Assembly (NCBI RefSeq): GCF_009914755.1
Contig: NC_060929.1
Strand: one strand, 5' to 3'
From: the human T2T-CHM13v2.0 reference genome, Homo sapiens
DNA length: 64,000 nucleotides
The notes under the pieces are model-generated. The model searched no databases. It was given only the letters and a program-made list of their open reading frames with translations, and had not been told where the DNA came from. Made by a program: the position numbers and the translations under genes. This document shows, piece after piece, positions 11,772 through 27,105 of this stretch (within the stretch, counting starts at the first letter, position 1; every line of letters starts with the position of its first letter).

Positions 11772-12154
11772 CTTCCCCCACTCCCCACCTTTTTTTTTGT
11801 TTCAGAGGGTATATGTGCAGATGTATTACATGGGTATATTGTGTGATGCTGAGATTTAGGGTACAGATGGTCTTGTCACCCAGGCAGTGAGCATAGTACC
11901 CAATAGGTGGTTTTTCAGCCCACGCCCCCTTCCCTTCTCCTTCTAGTAGTCCTCAGTGTCTATTGTTCCCTTCTTTGTGTCCATGTGTACTCAATGTTTA
12001 GCTCCTACTTGTGAGAACACACAGTATTTGTTTTTCTGTTCCTGTGTTAATTCATTAATTCACATAGGATAATGGCCTTCAGCTGTATCCATGTTGCAAA
12101 CGACATGATTTTTTTCTTTCTTATGGCTGTGTAGTATTCCATGGTATATATGTA
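11772..12154 (-). mobile_element. L1 3' UTR fragment (old L1PA/L1PB) inside MER39
   Basis: ATGTGCAG...AGCATAGTACCCAATAGG...GTAGTATTCCATGG, typical antisense L1 3' end. Confidence 0.85.
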
Positions 12155-12318
12155 CTGTCTTTTGTTATAGGAGTGTTGGCCATGACCCTTATGATGGATG
12201 AGAAAGGGATCATACCTTTCTGTCCCACATCCTCTACTGAACATATCAAAGATTCTTGGCCAAAACCAATTTTCCCTGACACTCTGTCTCAACTGTTCTT
12301 TCCCATTATAATTGGTGT

Positions 12319-13053
12319 TGATATGGACAGGAGGCAGAGAAATACTAGGTAGAAAAGGGTGGGGCTTCTGGCAAGTGTTCTACCCCCAAGCCTGGACCCA
12401 CGTCCCTAAATGAGAACTTCACATCCCTGTTTTTCTGCGCAAATATTACCTTATGTGCTGCCACCCTCACATCCTGTGTCCATAAAAACTCCAAGCTCCA
12501 CTGGCAGAGGAGCCCAGTGGTGTGGCAGAAAAGGAGAGAAGAGAAGAGGCAGCTGGACATTGGAGACTACAGTCAGAGAGGAGTTTGGCTGTCTCCAGCT
12601 GAACTCCAGGGGAAGATTATCTTCCTACTCCATCCCCTTTCCAGCTCCCCATCCTACTGAGAGCCACTTCCACTGCTCAATAAAATCTCCACATTCATTA
12701 TCCTTCAAGTCTGTGTGAACTGATTCTTCCTGGATGCTGGACAAGAACCCAGGTACCAAGAGGGCAGGGTGTAAAAGCCTGTCACCCTGATCCTCCACTG
12801 ACCTGGTTTAACACTTAGCCATCTGTGGATGGCAAATGCTAAAAGATCATTGTAAGACATGCCCTCTGGGGCTCTAGAGGTCACTAGCAACCCCTAGACA
12901 CTGCCATGGGCCAGTACCAGGTTCGTTCCTTGCTCCTGCACCTGCCAACCTGCAAGCTTCCCCTCCTGTAAGGAGTTTGAGTGCGGTGGCCGAGCAAAGG
13001 AGACACCCCTGTTGCAAGTCCCATGAGGGGGTCAAGGGAACTCTCCCGTCTCA
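12319..13053 (+). mobile_element. Solo LTR, LTR1/LTR27/MER52 group
   Basis: TGATATGGACAGGAGGCAGAGAAATACT...CAATAAAATCTCC...GGGAACTCTCCCGTCTCA. Confidence 0.8.
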
Positions 13054-13430
13054 ATATTCCTCACTGATAATGAGAGCAAAGAACACCATAGAATGAGACT
13101 TCATGAATTGCCATCAAGTTTTGCACACAGTTACTTTCATCCCAGATTAAAGTTTCTCTTTTTAGCTTTTCCAACAGTTGTCATCTCAGACCACTCAACT
13201 GCTGCTCTCACTTCTCTCTTCTCCTTCCTCTGCAGAGCTGGCCGTACTCTTTTTTTTTTTTGTCACTCTTTTTTTGTTACATTTTTGCTTGCTTTCTTGT
13301 CATTTCCTTTAAAATTCATCAACAAAATTAGTTTATTAAACTTTGATATCCATCCCAGTACTCATATATAATTTGATAGTGACAATCCTTCCACTTATTG
13401 TGAGTTTAGAATAACTTTGTTCTATAATAT

Positions 13431-13911
13431 TGATTAGGTTCAGGGCACACTAACCCAAAATATGGCACCTTGGCATATTGAATATTTTAAGCTGAAAGAA
13501 TCTGAGAAATTCCCTATGCTGGAAGGACTTTCTGACTTTCCCTAAAGCAGGTCATGTGAGAGGTGCCCTCCTTATACCTGGAGGAAAGGAGCATCCATAT
13601 CTCCAAAGACACAGGGATGCTGAGAGGAATCTGAATGGACAAGCCTTGTCGTTTCTCCTAGTTTATTATAATTAGCACATGCCCATTTTATGCTATCATA
13701 TTTCCCCATGACCGTCTACTCTTCATCAAACCTAGCATAAAGCAACCCAGTTTTAAGCACTTCTTTGGGTCTTCATTTCCTATTGAAGGCTCCAGTGTCA
13801 CGCAAAACATACACATTTCTATGATTCTTTCTTTCTGTCTTTTGTTCCAGGGGCCCCAGCCAATGAACCTAAAATGAGTAAAAGATAAAGATGTTTTTCT
13901 CCTCCCCAACA
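13431..13911 (+). mobile_element. Solo LTR, MER92/MER34-like
   Basis: TGATTAGGTTCAGGG...AAAATATGGCACCTTGGCATATTGAATATTTTAAGCTGAA...CCCCAACA; ATAT TSD. Confidence 0.8.
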
Positions 13912-14139
13912 ATATTTGATTAATGCTTTTTCAGGTTTCAGACTTTTAGTTAACATTCTGTATTGTGAGATTACTTTTAAAAAATGAGATTCAATCTAAT
14001 TTCTTAAATAAACTTGTGTATACCTCTTTGGTTGTTCATTTTGGTTTTTTATTCCATTTAGGAACAGTAATGTCATAGACTTTTGACATTCACTGGATGC
14101 CCATTCAATGGGCCTTCATAAATCTCAATAATTTTTTTT

Positions 14140-15195
14140 CATTTTAAAAAGTCATGATAAAACACATACGACGTAAACTTTACCATTGTAACCATTTTTA
14201 AGTATACAATTCAGTGGCATTAAGAACATTCACAATGTTGTATGATGTGGTTCAGAACACACTGCCCCAAAATATGGCACTTTGGCATATTGAGTATTTT
14301 AAACTGAAGGAATTTGAGAAATAGGTGCTAGAAGGACTCTCTGACCTCCTGTTTTTCCCTTGAAGCAGATCCCAAGACCCTCATGTAAGAGGTGCCCTTG
14401 CTATACTCAGAGGAAAAGAGCATCCCTACCTCTGAAGAGGGAGGGATGCCGAGAGGAATCTGAATGAACAGGGCTTGTTGTTTTCCCCAGATTACTACCC
14501 TTAGCTCATAGCCTTTGTCCTATTACATTTTTCCATGACTTTTTACTCTTCCTCAAATCTAGTAGAAAAATGCACAGGCTTAACTGTTGCTTTGTCTTCA
14601 TTTCCTTATAAAGTTTCCTTGGCCACATAAAACTTACATTAAATAAATTTTTACATATTTTTTCTTGTTAATCTGTCTTTCGTTAGTCTAATTTACAGGG
14701 TCCCAGTCAGATAACCTAAAAGGATAGAGACAAAGGATATTTTTTTTCTCTCCTACATGTGCAAGTATCACTGTTATTTCCAGAGCTTTTTTAAAATCTC
14801 AAATCATAACACTACCCATTAAACAATACCTCCCCATTCTTTCCTCCCAGCCTCTGGTAATCACGATTCCACTTCTTGTCTCTGTGAACTTGACTATTCT
14901 AGATATATAAGTGGAATCATACAATGTTGATTCTGTTGTGGCTGGCTTATTTACTTAGCGTAACAATAATGTTTTCAGGCTTCATCCACGTTTGCAGCAT
15001 GTATCAGAATTTCCTTCCTTTTTTAAGGCTGAATAATATTCCATTACATGTATATACTGCATTTTGTTTATCCATTCATCTGTTGGTGGACATTTGGTTT
15101 GCTCCTATCATTTGGCTATTATAATAGTGCTGCTATGAACATGGGTGTACAAGTATCAGTTTGGGTTCTTGCTTTCAGTTCTTTTGGATATTGAA
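14140..15195 (-). mobile_element. L1M (MB-like) 3' fragment, interrupted by an LTR
   Basis: CCATTTTTAAGTATACAATTCAGTGGCATTAAG...resumes at 14758 through GCTGAATAATATTCCATT. Confidence 0.85.
14243..14757 (+). mobile_element. Solo LTR, MER92/MER34-like, inserted in L1
   Basis: TGATGTGGTTCAGAACACACTGCCCCAAAATATGGCAC...CCTACA; flanks TGTA/TGTG. Confidence 0.8.
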
Positions 15196-16433
15196 TCTCA
15201 AGATTTGATAAGAAGTGCAGCATATGATTTTTCCAATAAAACTTACATTTTCCTTTTTCGACCCTTTCGTGTCTTCTTTCCAGTCATAACCCTTGTAGTT
15301 CATTTCCTCTGTGTGGCTATTTTCTGCCAAGAAATGCAGCTTTATATCCATTTGCGGGCAAAGGTAAGTCAAAACCAGCAAGGTGATAATTATTGTTCCC
15401 TTCCCACCACTGTGTACCTGTGCAACTAGTCTGCAAAGAGGAACATTGCCAAATTCTAGATCTGTGATCAATTACGCAATTTAAACCAAACTGTATCCTG
15501 CGGGGCATAAATTTCATACCTCAGACTCATACTCAAAGTATTTTTCTGCTTCTTACATTGCTAGGGAAGGGAGGGAAAGTAACACAGGAAGCCAGATGTG
15601 AGAGGACTAGATTGACACCTGGGTAATTAGAAGGCTTTGTTCCCTAAACCCCAGTTAAATAGTGTTGAACTATCACTCAGTACTAGCAGAAACAGTTTCC
15701 TTTTGCTTTTTTCTAAAACCAACTACTAAATAATATTAGGGTATCTTTGAAGCAATAATGTGTAATCACTTACAGTTCTTTTGAAGGGAATGTATTTAAG
15801 ATTAAAAAAAAAAAAAAAAGCCCAAAGGCAGAGAGCTTTAAATAGTACCCATTTGGTAATAAATACCATTACTTCCCCTCTCCAGCCTGCCCTACTCCCT
15901 CCCCCATAACGCTTAACACAAAGCTTCAGATTTAGTTTTGGAGAGAGTGAGTCTACATTCACTTGAAGAAAACTCTTGTTTTTCATTTGTTCTGTTGACT
16001 TCACTATATTTTAAAATATAAGTGTGTTGTGGAGAACATACTGAATTCTGAATTACTAAGTTGCATATCCATTTGTTGTAGAAGAGGATTTCAGTCCAAC
16101 AGTAAAAGATTTTAGCTTGTCTCTATAGCAGGGGTTCTTGATCCCTAAGACAGGTAAAGATGAGATGAGAGGGAGAGAAGAGACACACACAGAGAGGCTG
16201 TGATTCCTTGAGGGGCAATACTACTCACATCTCCTTTTGTTTTTCTTGCAGACATAGAGAAGGGATGGTGATGGTGATGGAGGGTCTCCAGGGGATTCAC
16301 ACGAGTTGTGGTGGCATCTCACTAGGCATTGACAAGGGAAAAAAATCCCACCCACATGCTTGGCACGCCTGGGCGAAGCCAGCAAGGACAGTCTCTAAAG
16401 TACCCTCAGATGGAAGTGTCCATGGAGCAGTTG

Positions 16434-16808
16434 TGATATGGTTTGGTTGTGTCCCTACCCAAATCTCATCTTGAATTGTAGTTCCCATAATCCCTATGTG
16501 TCATGGGAGGGACCTGGTGGGAGGTGATTGGATCATGGGGGTGGTTACCCCCATGCTGTTCTTATGATACTGAGTGAATTCTCACGAGATCTGATGGTCT
16601 TATGAGGGGCTTTCCCCCTTTGCTCGGCACTTCTGTCTCACCTGCCGCTATGTGAAGAAGGATGTGCCTACTTTCCCTTGCACTATGATTGTCAGTTTCC
16701 TGAGGCCTCTCCAGCTATGTGAAACTGTGAGTCAATTAAACCTCTTTCCCTTATAAATTACCCAGTCTCAGGCTGCTCTTTATAGCAGCATGAGAATGGA
16801 CTAATACA
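16434..16808 (+). mobile_element. THE1 (MaLR) solo LTR
   Basis: TGATATGGTTTGG...CAATTAAACC...GGACTAATACA; 5-bp TSD AGTTG. Confidence 0.95.
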
Positions 16809-17151
16809 AGTTGTCATCTAGACTAGTCTGCTCAAAGCTTGTCTTCAGTCAACTAGGTATAGTCCTGATTCCAAGTAGAAATAGCCAGGAGGTGGCCTAA
16901 GGGGCAAGGCATAGGGGCTATCTCTTCGGGCAGGTGGGAGTTCTGCCTCTTTCTAGTACCTCATGGGGCAGCTCTCCCAGCTCCTCTGTACCCTGAGGCC
17001 CCCAAATTGGCAGGTTGTTTTTTCTTAGTTCTCAACATCACATTTCTTTATTTCATTTCCCAAGATGTACCTCAAATATAGACATTTTAAAAAGTGAATG
17101 CCCTCTCTGTGCATCTTAAGGGATTTTTCAGAGGTGTGCTCATACCCTTAC

Positions 17152-17153
<2 letters not shown>

Positions 17154-17186
<33 letters not shown>

Positions 17187-17245
17187 CTATCAATCTATCT
17201 ATCTATCTACCTACCTGCCTATTGATCTACCTACCATCTATCGCC
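17154..17245. repeat. (CA)15 plus degenerate (TCTA)n microsatellite
   Basis: Direct reading. Confidence 0.95.
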
Positions 17246-17519
17246 TCTCTATTGTCTACTTTTATCTAGGGAGAGCCCTGGCAGTGGTCAGTTAGTCAAA
17301 AATATTGCCAAGGTAGGAAAACGTGAAAAATGATATATATACATTACACATCCATCCATCAATCTTTTTATGAAGGGATAAGGGCTATTCAACCTATTGA
17401 GAAATACAGCATAGTTTTTCTTGCACATACTTACAAATTAATGGTCTATAGTTTGCAGTTTTTGTTTCTTTCAAGTGAGGTGAGAGTGTATAGACAATGT
17501 GCAAGTAGAATCTTTCCAG

Positions 17520-17680
17520 ATAAGTGATTCTCAAATGTTGGCATCTGGATTTCTTAGCTTCATCCCCAGAGTTTTAGGTTCAATAGATCTGGAGTGGGGC
17601 CTGAGAATTTGCATTTCTCACAAGTTTTCAGGTGATGCTGATGCTGCTGGCCCAGGGATCACTCTGAAAACCACCATGGA
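17520..17680. mobile_element. MER5-type DNA transposon relic
   Basis: GGGGCCTGAGAATTTGCATTTCTCACAAGTTTTCAGGTGATGCTGATGCTGCTGG. Confidence 0.7.
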
Positions 17681-18944
17681 TTTTCATTATACTTTACAGA
17701 AAGCAAATATGTAACGTTTTATAGGGAGAAGAAAGAACATTGATTAATAGGAAAGTTGGTTAAGAGAAAGTAGGTTGAGAATGAATATAATTCTATCCCT
17801 ATTTTATACACTTGATATACAGCAATCCTTGTTCACATACATTTTTTCCAGAACACTCTTAAATCTCACATAGGATATTGATAATGTGTTATAAATAGTT
17901 GAGTTTGCAGGGGGTAAAAGGAGATTCTTCCCGGAAATAAGAATGTTCTTTAAAACTTTTTCTCTCCACAATGATGGAAGTTAACTTCTCAGTGCTTCTT
18001 TACTTACCTGTAAATTGGCATGAACACAATTACATCATAGAGCTCTCCAGAAGACAAAAGGGGATAATATATAGTAGTTTTTCTCAGATGTTTTCACCAT
18101 GATCTTTCGTGATAGGCGAGGGATTGGGAGAAACCCAAAGAATATATTAGAGAACAATTTCATTGAGGTCTTCTCTTTTGTATATTAAAAATGAATCTAC
18201 AGGAGCCAAAAAAAGGAGAATACATATTTTGCCTTTTTTATCCATCAAAGATCCATTTGTTTTCATATAAAAATATTTCACACAACTTGACACTTAACCA
18301 TGTTTATGTTTTGATTTCTGCTATGAAGAACAAGTACCTTAGTTTGAGAAACTTAGGGAAATGCTTTATAAACAGTAATGCATTACATAAAGTTTTTCTA
18401 TTATTAGATTTTGTTTTATTTTGGCAAACGTGAGACACCCATAAGCAGATATACAGGCTTTGACATCTCATTAACAGATTCCTTATGCTGATGTTTGGAT
18501 TTTAAATGATCAGACATATGATAAAGTCTTTTTCCCCCCAGATGTTGTCTACAGTGTTACAAATTTGCTTCTAAATTGTATTTCAGAGATACAACAAAGT
18601 CAAAGCCATTTTAAAAAGTGCAGTTGGCCCATGGATTTATTTATCTCTTAATAAAGTAATAGATGGTGGGGGCACGGGACTGTGAATTTGTAAAACAGGT
18701 AGCTAATGATTTCTGTGTTACATCATTGTTTAATCACTAGCATATTCAAAAATTTTAAATGTATATCTTATATTTACACATATGTACTGTTTTAATGCCA
18801 TTTCTAACTAAAGCAAGCTGAAAAAATATATTCCCATTTATGGATGATCCATTTAACCATTATTTCTTGAACACTTACAGTATTAACATTTAGCTAGTTT
18901 CCGTAAGGGATGCAGAGATATCTAAGACCCAATCCTCCATTTCT

Positions 18945-19079
18945 GCCCAGGCATGGTGGTTCACGCCTGTAATCCCAGCATTTTGGGAGGCCAAAGAGGG
19001 AGGATTGCTTGAGCCTAGGAGTTCCAGACCAGCTAGGGCAATAGAGCAAGACCCCCATCTCAAAAAAAAGAAAAAAAAA
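18945..19079 (+). mobile_element. FLAM / Alu left monomer
   Basis: Single Alu arm followed by poly(A). Confidence 0.85.
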
Positions 19080-20476
19080 TTCTCAATTTTTGAGAATTTC
19101 AGGAATTTTCCATTCTGTCAATTGACTGGATAGGTGCTGCACTTTTCCCACTTGCAAGTAGTAATCTACTTACAGCTAATAATCTTTAGCAGCATGGACA
19201 AAATAATTAGCTGGGCAGCTGTGGAGTCAAACAGTGAATCCCTACTCAGCCACTCCTTGGGTAGATGATATTGGGAAGATTATCTAACTCTTTCTGCTTG
19301 TCAGTGTTTCAATCATAAAACAGCATGGGGTCTTGTGAGAAGTGAAAATAATATATTTAAAGTATGAAACTCAGTGATCAACACTTAGGTCTTCCATCTC
19401 TGCTTCTTCCTACTTTCTTATCTACTAGCTTGAGTGCATGTGCTGGTCTGATTCCAGGACTGCTGGACATGTGAAGATGTCTGTCTTGGTTCAGGCCCAG
19501 ATCACCATTCAGGGAGCTGTGACCATGAGGGCAGGAGTCACATAAATTGTCAAGGAAGAATTGCCTGTGGTGGTTCTTGTGGGAAGAGAGCAATGGACTT
19601 AGCTCCCATTTATGGTGCCACACCCTGCCCTGCTCACTGGTGAAAACTGAAAAGGGAAGACGGTCCATTTGTAGTTGAATAGAGCTCTAGGTTAACTTTA
19701 TGATTTACCTGGGGACATACCATAGTTCTAGAGTTGGAAATCCACAGTAAGACTTTTTCCGTCATGAAATTTCCCCTTTGGATATTAGAAATGTTTCTCT
19801 ATAAGAGAAAGCAAAGCATTAAACTAAATTTCTTTTCTGTTTTAATTTTTGAAAGACTCCAAAAGGCAGATGGGTAATTGACATATGCTTAGGAGGAGTT
19901 TATATGTACATTTTTTTGGGAAAAAATATCAATCTGAAGTGCTAATACTACACTTAAAGACATATAAATTATGCATTGATCCATAAAGATTATATTCTCA
20001 ATGGCAGCTCCTCAGAAATGCATGGCCAAACCAAAGGCTCATACATATTTCAACCTATATAAATTAGATAATGTTACAAAAAGATTAGTGCTTAACATAT
20101 ACTTTGATTGTAGCCGTATTTCTTTCATACTCTTCAGAGACAAATGAGAAGCGTTAGGTTTGCCTGTATATGTTTTTGTGTGATATGTACATATAGATAT
20201 ATACACACATATATGCATATCAAATAGATACATATATTGATCTAACAATATACATACTAATTCAATAATTTCTCTTTTGTATTATTGGTACCAAAAATAC
20301 CAGGAAACATTTATAAATTTACCAACATCTAAAAGTAGAGTGAGTGTTTTGAAATACATTTTTTATATATTGTTTTTACTTTATTTTCTTTACATTTGAA
20401 AGTCAGTATGAATAATAGCAATAGATTTTGACTTGCAGCCATTCACACCCAAAGCTCTTTGCCTAGAGCACCCCAT

Positions 20477-20903
20477 TGCTATGATTTGGGTGTGATTCAT
20501 CTCTGCCAAAACTCATGTTGAAATGTAATTGTCAGTGTAGTGCTATTTAGGGGTGGTAGGGCCTTTAAGAGGTGTTTGGGTCATGGGGGATCTGTCCACC
20601 TGAAGAGATTAATGCATTTCTTGCAGTATTGGGTTAATTCTCATGGGAATGTATTGGTTCCCACCAGAGTGGGTTGTTACAAAGCAAGTTTGCCTTTTGT
20701 GCTTTGCCCTCTCTTTGCACACACCTTCTCCTCTTCTGCTTCTCTGCCATGTTGTGATGCAGCATGAGGCCCTCACCAGAAGCTATGCAGATGCCAGTGC
20801 TGTGCTTTTTGGTCTTAGCCTTCAGAAGGCTATTAACCTATTTTCTTTATAAATTACCCAGTCTCAGATATTCTGTTATAGCAACACAAAATGGACGAAG
20901 ACA
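20477..20903 (+). mobile_element. MST-type MaLR solo LTR
   Basis: TGCTATGATTTG...AAACTCATGTTGAAATG...GCAACACAAAATGGACGAAGACA; flanks CCCAT/CCTAT. Confidence 0.85.
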
Positions 20904-21210
20904 CCTATGTAATTATGGAACTGAAAGCAGGAAGGTCACAAATTACATTTATCAGTTGGCTTCCCTCTTGTGTGAGGCATAATAATACTCTTCCTCCCTC
21001 TTCTCTACTTGCCTGGCCTAAGTCTTGCTGGAATTTTGACTGATAAACTCAGATATAATTCCTGTTCTAATATCTCTTTTAAATAAAATATTAGGATTGG
21101 CTAGTCTATAAACCTGATTATATTGTACAGAATATAAACAAATTGTTTATCATTATTTAAATGTAAAACTTTTGGTCCTTTTTTTTTCTAAACAGTTTGT
21201 CATCAAAGTC

Positions 21211-22968
<1,758 letters not shown>

Positions 22969-23677
22969 TGTCATCAAGGTCCTGATGGGGATATAACATT
23001 ACATTACATCTATGGGAAAATCAGATTTGATTTATAGATTTTTTTTCTCTATGGACGTAATATACCAATCTGCCTTTAGTTAAGAATTGTTTTGTTGGCT
23101 GATAATCAAGGGATTTCTGTTATCCACCAACAGCTAGTCTTTAAATGTAGACCTAAAAACATCTAAATATTCTTTTCACGATAATCTGAAATCTGGTAGG
23201 CAATGCACTAAATCTAATTATTTACAAATAAGGAGAAGTTACTTGCCAAATTTACAGTTTCCCATGTATGAAATTAATTTATATATGCCAAAACAGTTCT
23301 CCATATTGATTCTGGCATAAATGTTGCTGGCATAGCATTGGAATGCATGCATGAATATAAGAAAAAATTGATCATTAAAATCTAAGTTAAAAACAAAAAT
23401 CTAGTGCACTCATTCTATTAAAGAACTTTCTTCTTTTTTTTTTCTTGGCAAGAAAAGTGTTTCTGAGAAGTTTTCTAAAAGCAGTAAGGTACTCTCATTA
23501 GATAAAACAAGGTGCTGTGGTCTGGGGTAGCAATTTTGAATTTTTATCAAATGCAAGACTCATGTAATCCTTCCACAAAATGAACCACCGGGATAATTGG
23601 CTTAAAAGGTGATTCTCTTGCATTTCTTATGCAGACAAAAAATAGAGTGAACACTCAAAACATAAAAATAAATACTT

Positions 23678-23969
23678 GGCTGGGTGTGGTGGCTCACACC
23701 CAATATGTTGGAGGCTGAGGTGGGAGGATCACTTGAGTCCAGGAGTTTGAGACCAGACTGGGCAACAAAATGAAACCCTGTCTCTACCAAAAAAAATTAG
23801 CTGTGCTCAGTGGCATGTGCCTGTAGTCCCAGCTCGTGGGGAGGCTGAGGCAGGAGGATCCCTTGAGCCCAAAAGTTCCAGATTGCTGTAAGCTACAATT
23901 GAGACAGTGCATTTCAGCCTGGGTGACAGAGTGAGACCCTGTTTCAAAATAAAAACAAAAGCAAAAAAA
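23678..23969 (+). mobile_element. Alu (J-type)
   Basis: Diverged dimeric Alu. Confidence 0.92.
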
Positions 23970-26324
23970 TGTTTGCCATGGATTTTATAATAAGGAAAGA
24001 CTGAATCCCAGAAGCTATTTGTAAGGTTTTGAATATGTAGAACCCCCACAAATAATAGTGGTCAAATTCTTCAAATAGAATATGTATTCTTAATTATTGT
24101 GTCTGCTTAGATTCAGTTTAAATTGTTCCCACGTCATTAGAAAATGCCATGTTTACACAACAATGTAAGTTTTATTTATTTTTTTCCGTGTTGAACTGAA
24201 ATTACTCACAGGTCACAGTTAGGAGAAAGAAAGAAACATCCAGATGGACTATCCTTTATTTTCTCAGCTGGACATTGTGTATGTCTATGGAATGTATCTG
24301 TGCAAATAGCATACTTCTACGTTCAGGAAGTGATATTTCAGAATAAGCTCTTGTAAAACAGTACTTTTTGTAGTTTGGGGTGAAGCCAAGGCAAAATTTA
24401 GATTTCTTCTGTTTCATAGATGAACTCTATAATAAACAAAACGAAGTCTATAAAGTCAATTTACAATATGGTTATTGTATGAGATTTGACATCACTGTAA
24501 AATATTACATTGGACAAAAATAATGCTGCTGAAAATACTTGCTGCCAGCAGCTCTTATAACTATAAGATAAGGCAACTGATAATGAATTCTTTTAACTTG
24601 GAATTCAAATCTCGGGACTGAATGTTACCCATTATTGGAGTTCAAAGGCAACTATCTCTAGAATTGTTCTTTTAATGCTTGTTGGATGGTTTTAGTTGTT
24701 CTTTTCTTGTAGGCACACAATTGTTGTCTTGATCTTTGTGATAAAAAGCGTTCTCTGGGTCTTTGTAGTGAACCCAGTTGGCTTGGTAACATGCCTGTAG
24801 TCAGAATTCCAAAGTGGGGAAACAAAGGCTTAGAAATTATTGGCTGAGAACTGTTTGTTCAGAACTGTGGGAATCTTACCCTGGCCTGTGGAACCAATGG
24901 TCTGTCTTCATTAGATCCACATTCATCCAGAAACTCCCCAATTCCTTGCCCTTTTGTCTTTTCCCAAACTAGAGCTTTAACCACAATAAAAACAAATGTG
25001 GCAACTTCTTTTGTAAATCAATTCCTACCAAAATTCCCAGTGTGCTGTAATTCTTCCCCTTCATGTCATAATTCCAAAAGCATGGCATTAGCTTATTCAA
25101 TGTTACATTTATTTCCATAATAAGGATGTGTCAAGGGGCAAGACATTTAAAGGCAAAGCAAAAAAAAAAAAAAAAGCTTGCCTTTAGGCCTAATTGAATG
25201 GTGATGAGTTCGCGTCCCCCTGTCCATTGGCGTTCATTTTCCAGGGTTAATTAAACAAACAAATATAGTCCAGCAAGACTATTTTAGACTACATAGTTTA
25301 AAACATTCAATACAAGTTGAAGTACAATCCAGTAAAGTAAATTTCACCAACAAATGCCATATAATTGAAAGAGAAAACATAGCAATTTTACATTTTTTTT
25401 TTCTGAGTGTAAAGGTATTCTTAAACCAACTGACACTATGTCATCTGATTACACAATTGTGACTTGGAAATGCGAAGAATTTTCTTTTGTGTGTCTAAAT
25501 AATGCGAGTTGAATTCCTCAGTGTTCTTATAAATACTTTAATTACACTGAAGCTTTATCAGCAGGGAGCCATGGGAAGTATGTAGGGCCCTGGATAAACA
25601 TTTTTAAAAGCAAGAACTATTCAAGTTACACAAAAGACAGGACAGTCATAACAACAGCAGCAACGACAACCACAACAAACTGGGGAAGCTGTACTTTTTA
25701 GGAGAGGAGGATTGAATTGTTTTTCTTTTCTTTTTATGTCCCACTGTTGTTTTGGGGAAAATACCTAAAAAATGGGAAAGATGAAGCCTGAGCAACCGAA
25801 GGTACCGAAGAATTTTAAGTAGTGTCTTAGGAGAAAATTAAAAGGAAACCTGATTAACAGTGGTTCAGAGACATTGAAACTCCGTATATTCAGGCTTGGC
25901 TATTAGATCTAAAAAATAGAACAAGGGTAAGCATAACTCCTTTTAGGACAGCTTTAATCATCTTTGTTCAACTGTGATGGAATGCCTTACCAATGTGATA
26001 GTACATACTCACAGCCATAGGTCATTTTGTTTTCTCCATAATCCTAGTTACCATCTACATTTCCTCCTGAAATTTGCAGGTCCTGAGTAATATGGAATAA
26101 AAGTTTAATGTGGTTTGGCTTCAGGATTACAGGTCATAGCTATTAATTATTGACTGAGCAGTGCATGGCTTAATACAAGAAGGAAAATAATCAGAAAGAA
26201 ATCATGCCACGTACCTTCACTGAAGCTTATGGTCTAGTTGTCTCTTTTTGCTCTGACTCTCAAGGGCTTAGCACCATTTCAACTGCATCGCTGCAAAGTT
26301 GATGAATTGTCATTGCCATATTTA

Positions 26325-26450
26325 CCTTCCCTTTTCTTTGGCCTCCCTTCCTCCCTCCCTCCCTTCCTTCCTCCCTCCCTCCCTTTTTTCTTTTTTCTTT
26401 TGTATGTGTATTTGCTGTGTATGTATATGTATTTGTTGTATATGTATCTG
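26325..26450. repeat. (CCTY)n followed by a (TATG)n-like low-complexity tract
   Basis: Direct reading. Confidence 0.9.
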
Positions 26451-27105
26451 TAGATGCTGTTTTGATTACATTCTGAAAATAGGTAGAAATTGGATAAATA
26501 GAAACATAGTAAGGAAAACACATTACATGTGGAAAATATTCAAACACATTCTTCAAGTAATGTCCAGATGGAATGCAGGCAGTGTGGTGAGGAAAGTGTA
26601 GGAGAATTGGGCTTTCTGTGGATAATGGGCACTTTCTGGGCCTTGGTTGTTTCATCTGTTTATTTTCTTTTTGACGAGATAATCTTTCAGCACCAACATT
26701 CTATCATTCAATAAAATGAGTAGCACTATGTGTCCCAAATAAGCAAACAAAACTTCATTTTCAGATTCTGTCTTTGAGTAGGTGAATTTTGAAAATTTTT
26801 CAGGTGCAGATTGTGGCTTAACTTACAGGTCCCCATAGTGGATGATCATCAAAATTGTAAAGTACAGATGTCCAGGTATCAACCCAAATGTGTTGAATGA
26901 AAACGTCTTGCAGTGGGGTCTGGAAATTTATGGTTTCGACAAAAATTTTAGTAAAAATTCTCCAGAGGATTATGATGAACTTCCAAAACTATGCTCCATC
27001 CAGCTAGATTCCTTTTGGTTTGGGGTTTTATTGTCATTGCAATAAGGAACAGTTCTCTTGGCAAACACTAAACTCTAAATTGGTGACACAGAGCTTCCAT
27101 TTTCT

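Larger units (their letters stand above)
10919..12229 (+). mobile_element. MER39-like solo LTR, split by an Alu and an L1 fragment
   Basis: Starts TGTTGGGGCTCAGAAAGCAACACCCCAAAA; resumes at ~12155 and ends CTGTCCCACA; TCCT TSD on both sides. Confidence 0.8.

Noticed and set aside
26238-26655. Overlapping ORFs up to 131 aa
   Set aside because: Produced by stop-poor simple repeats
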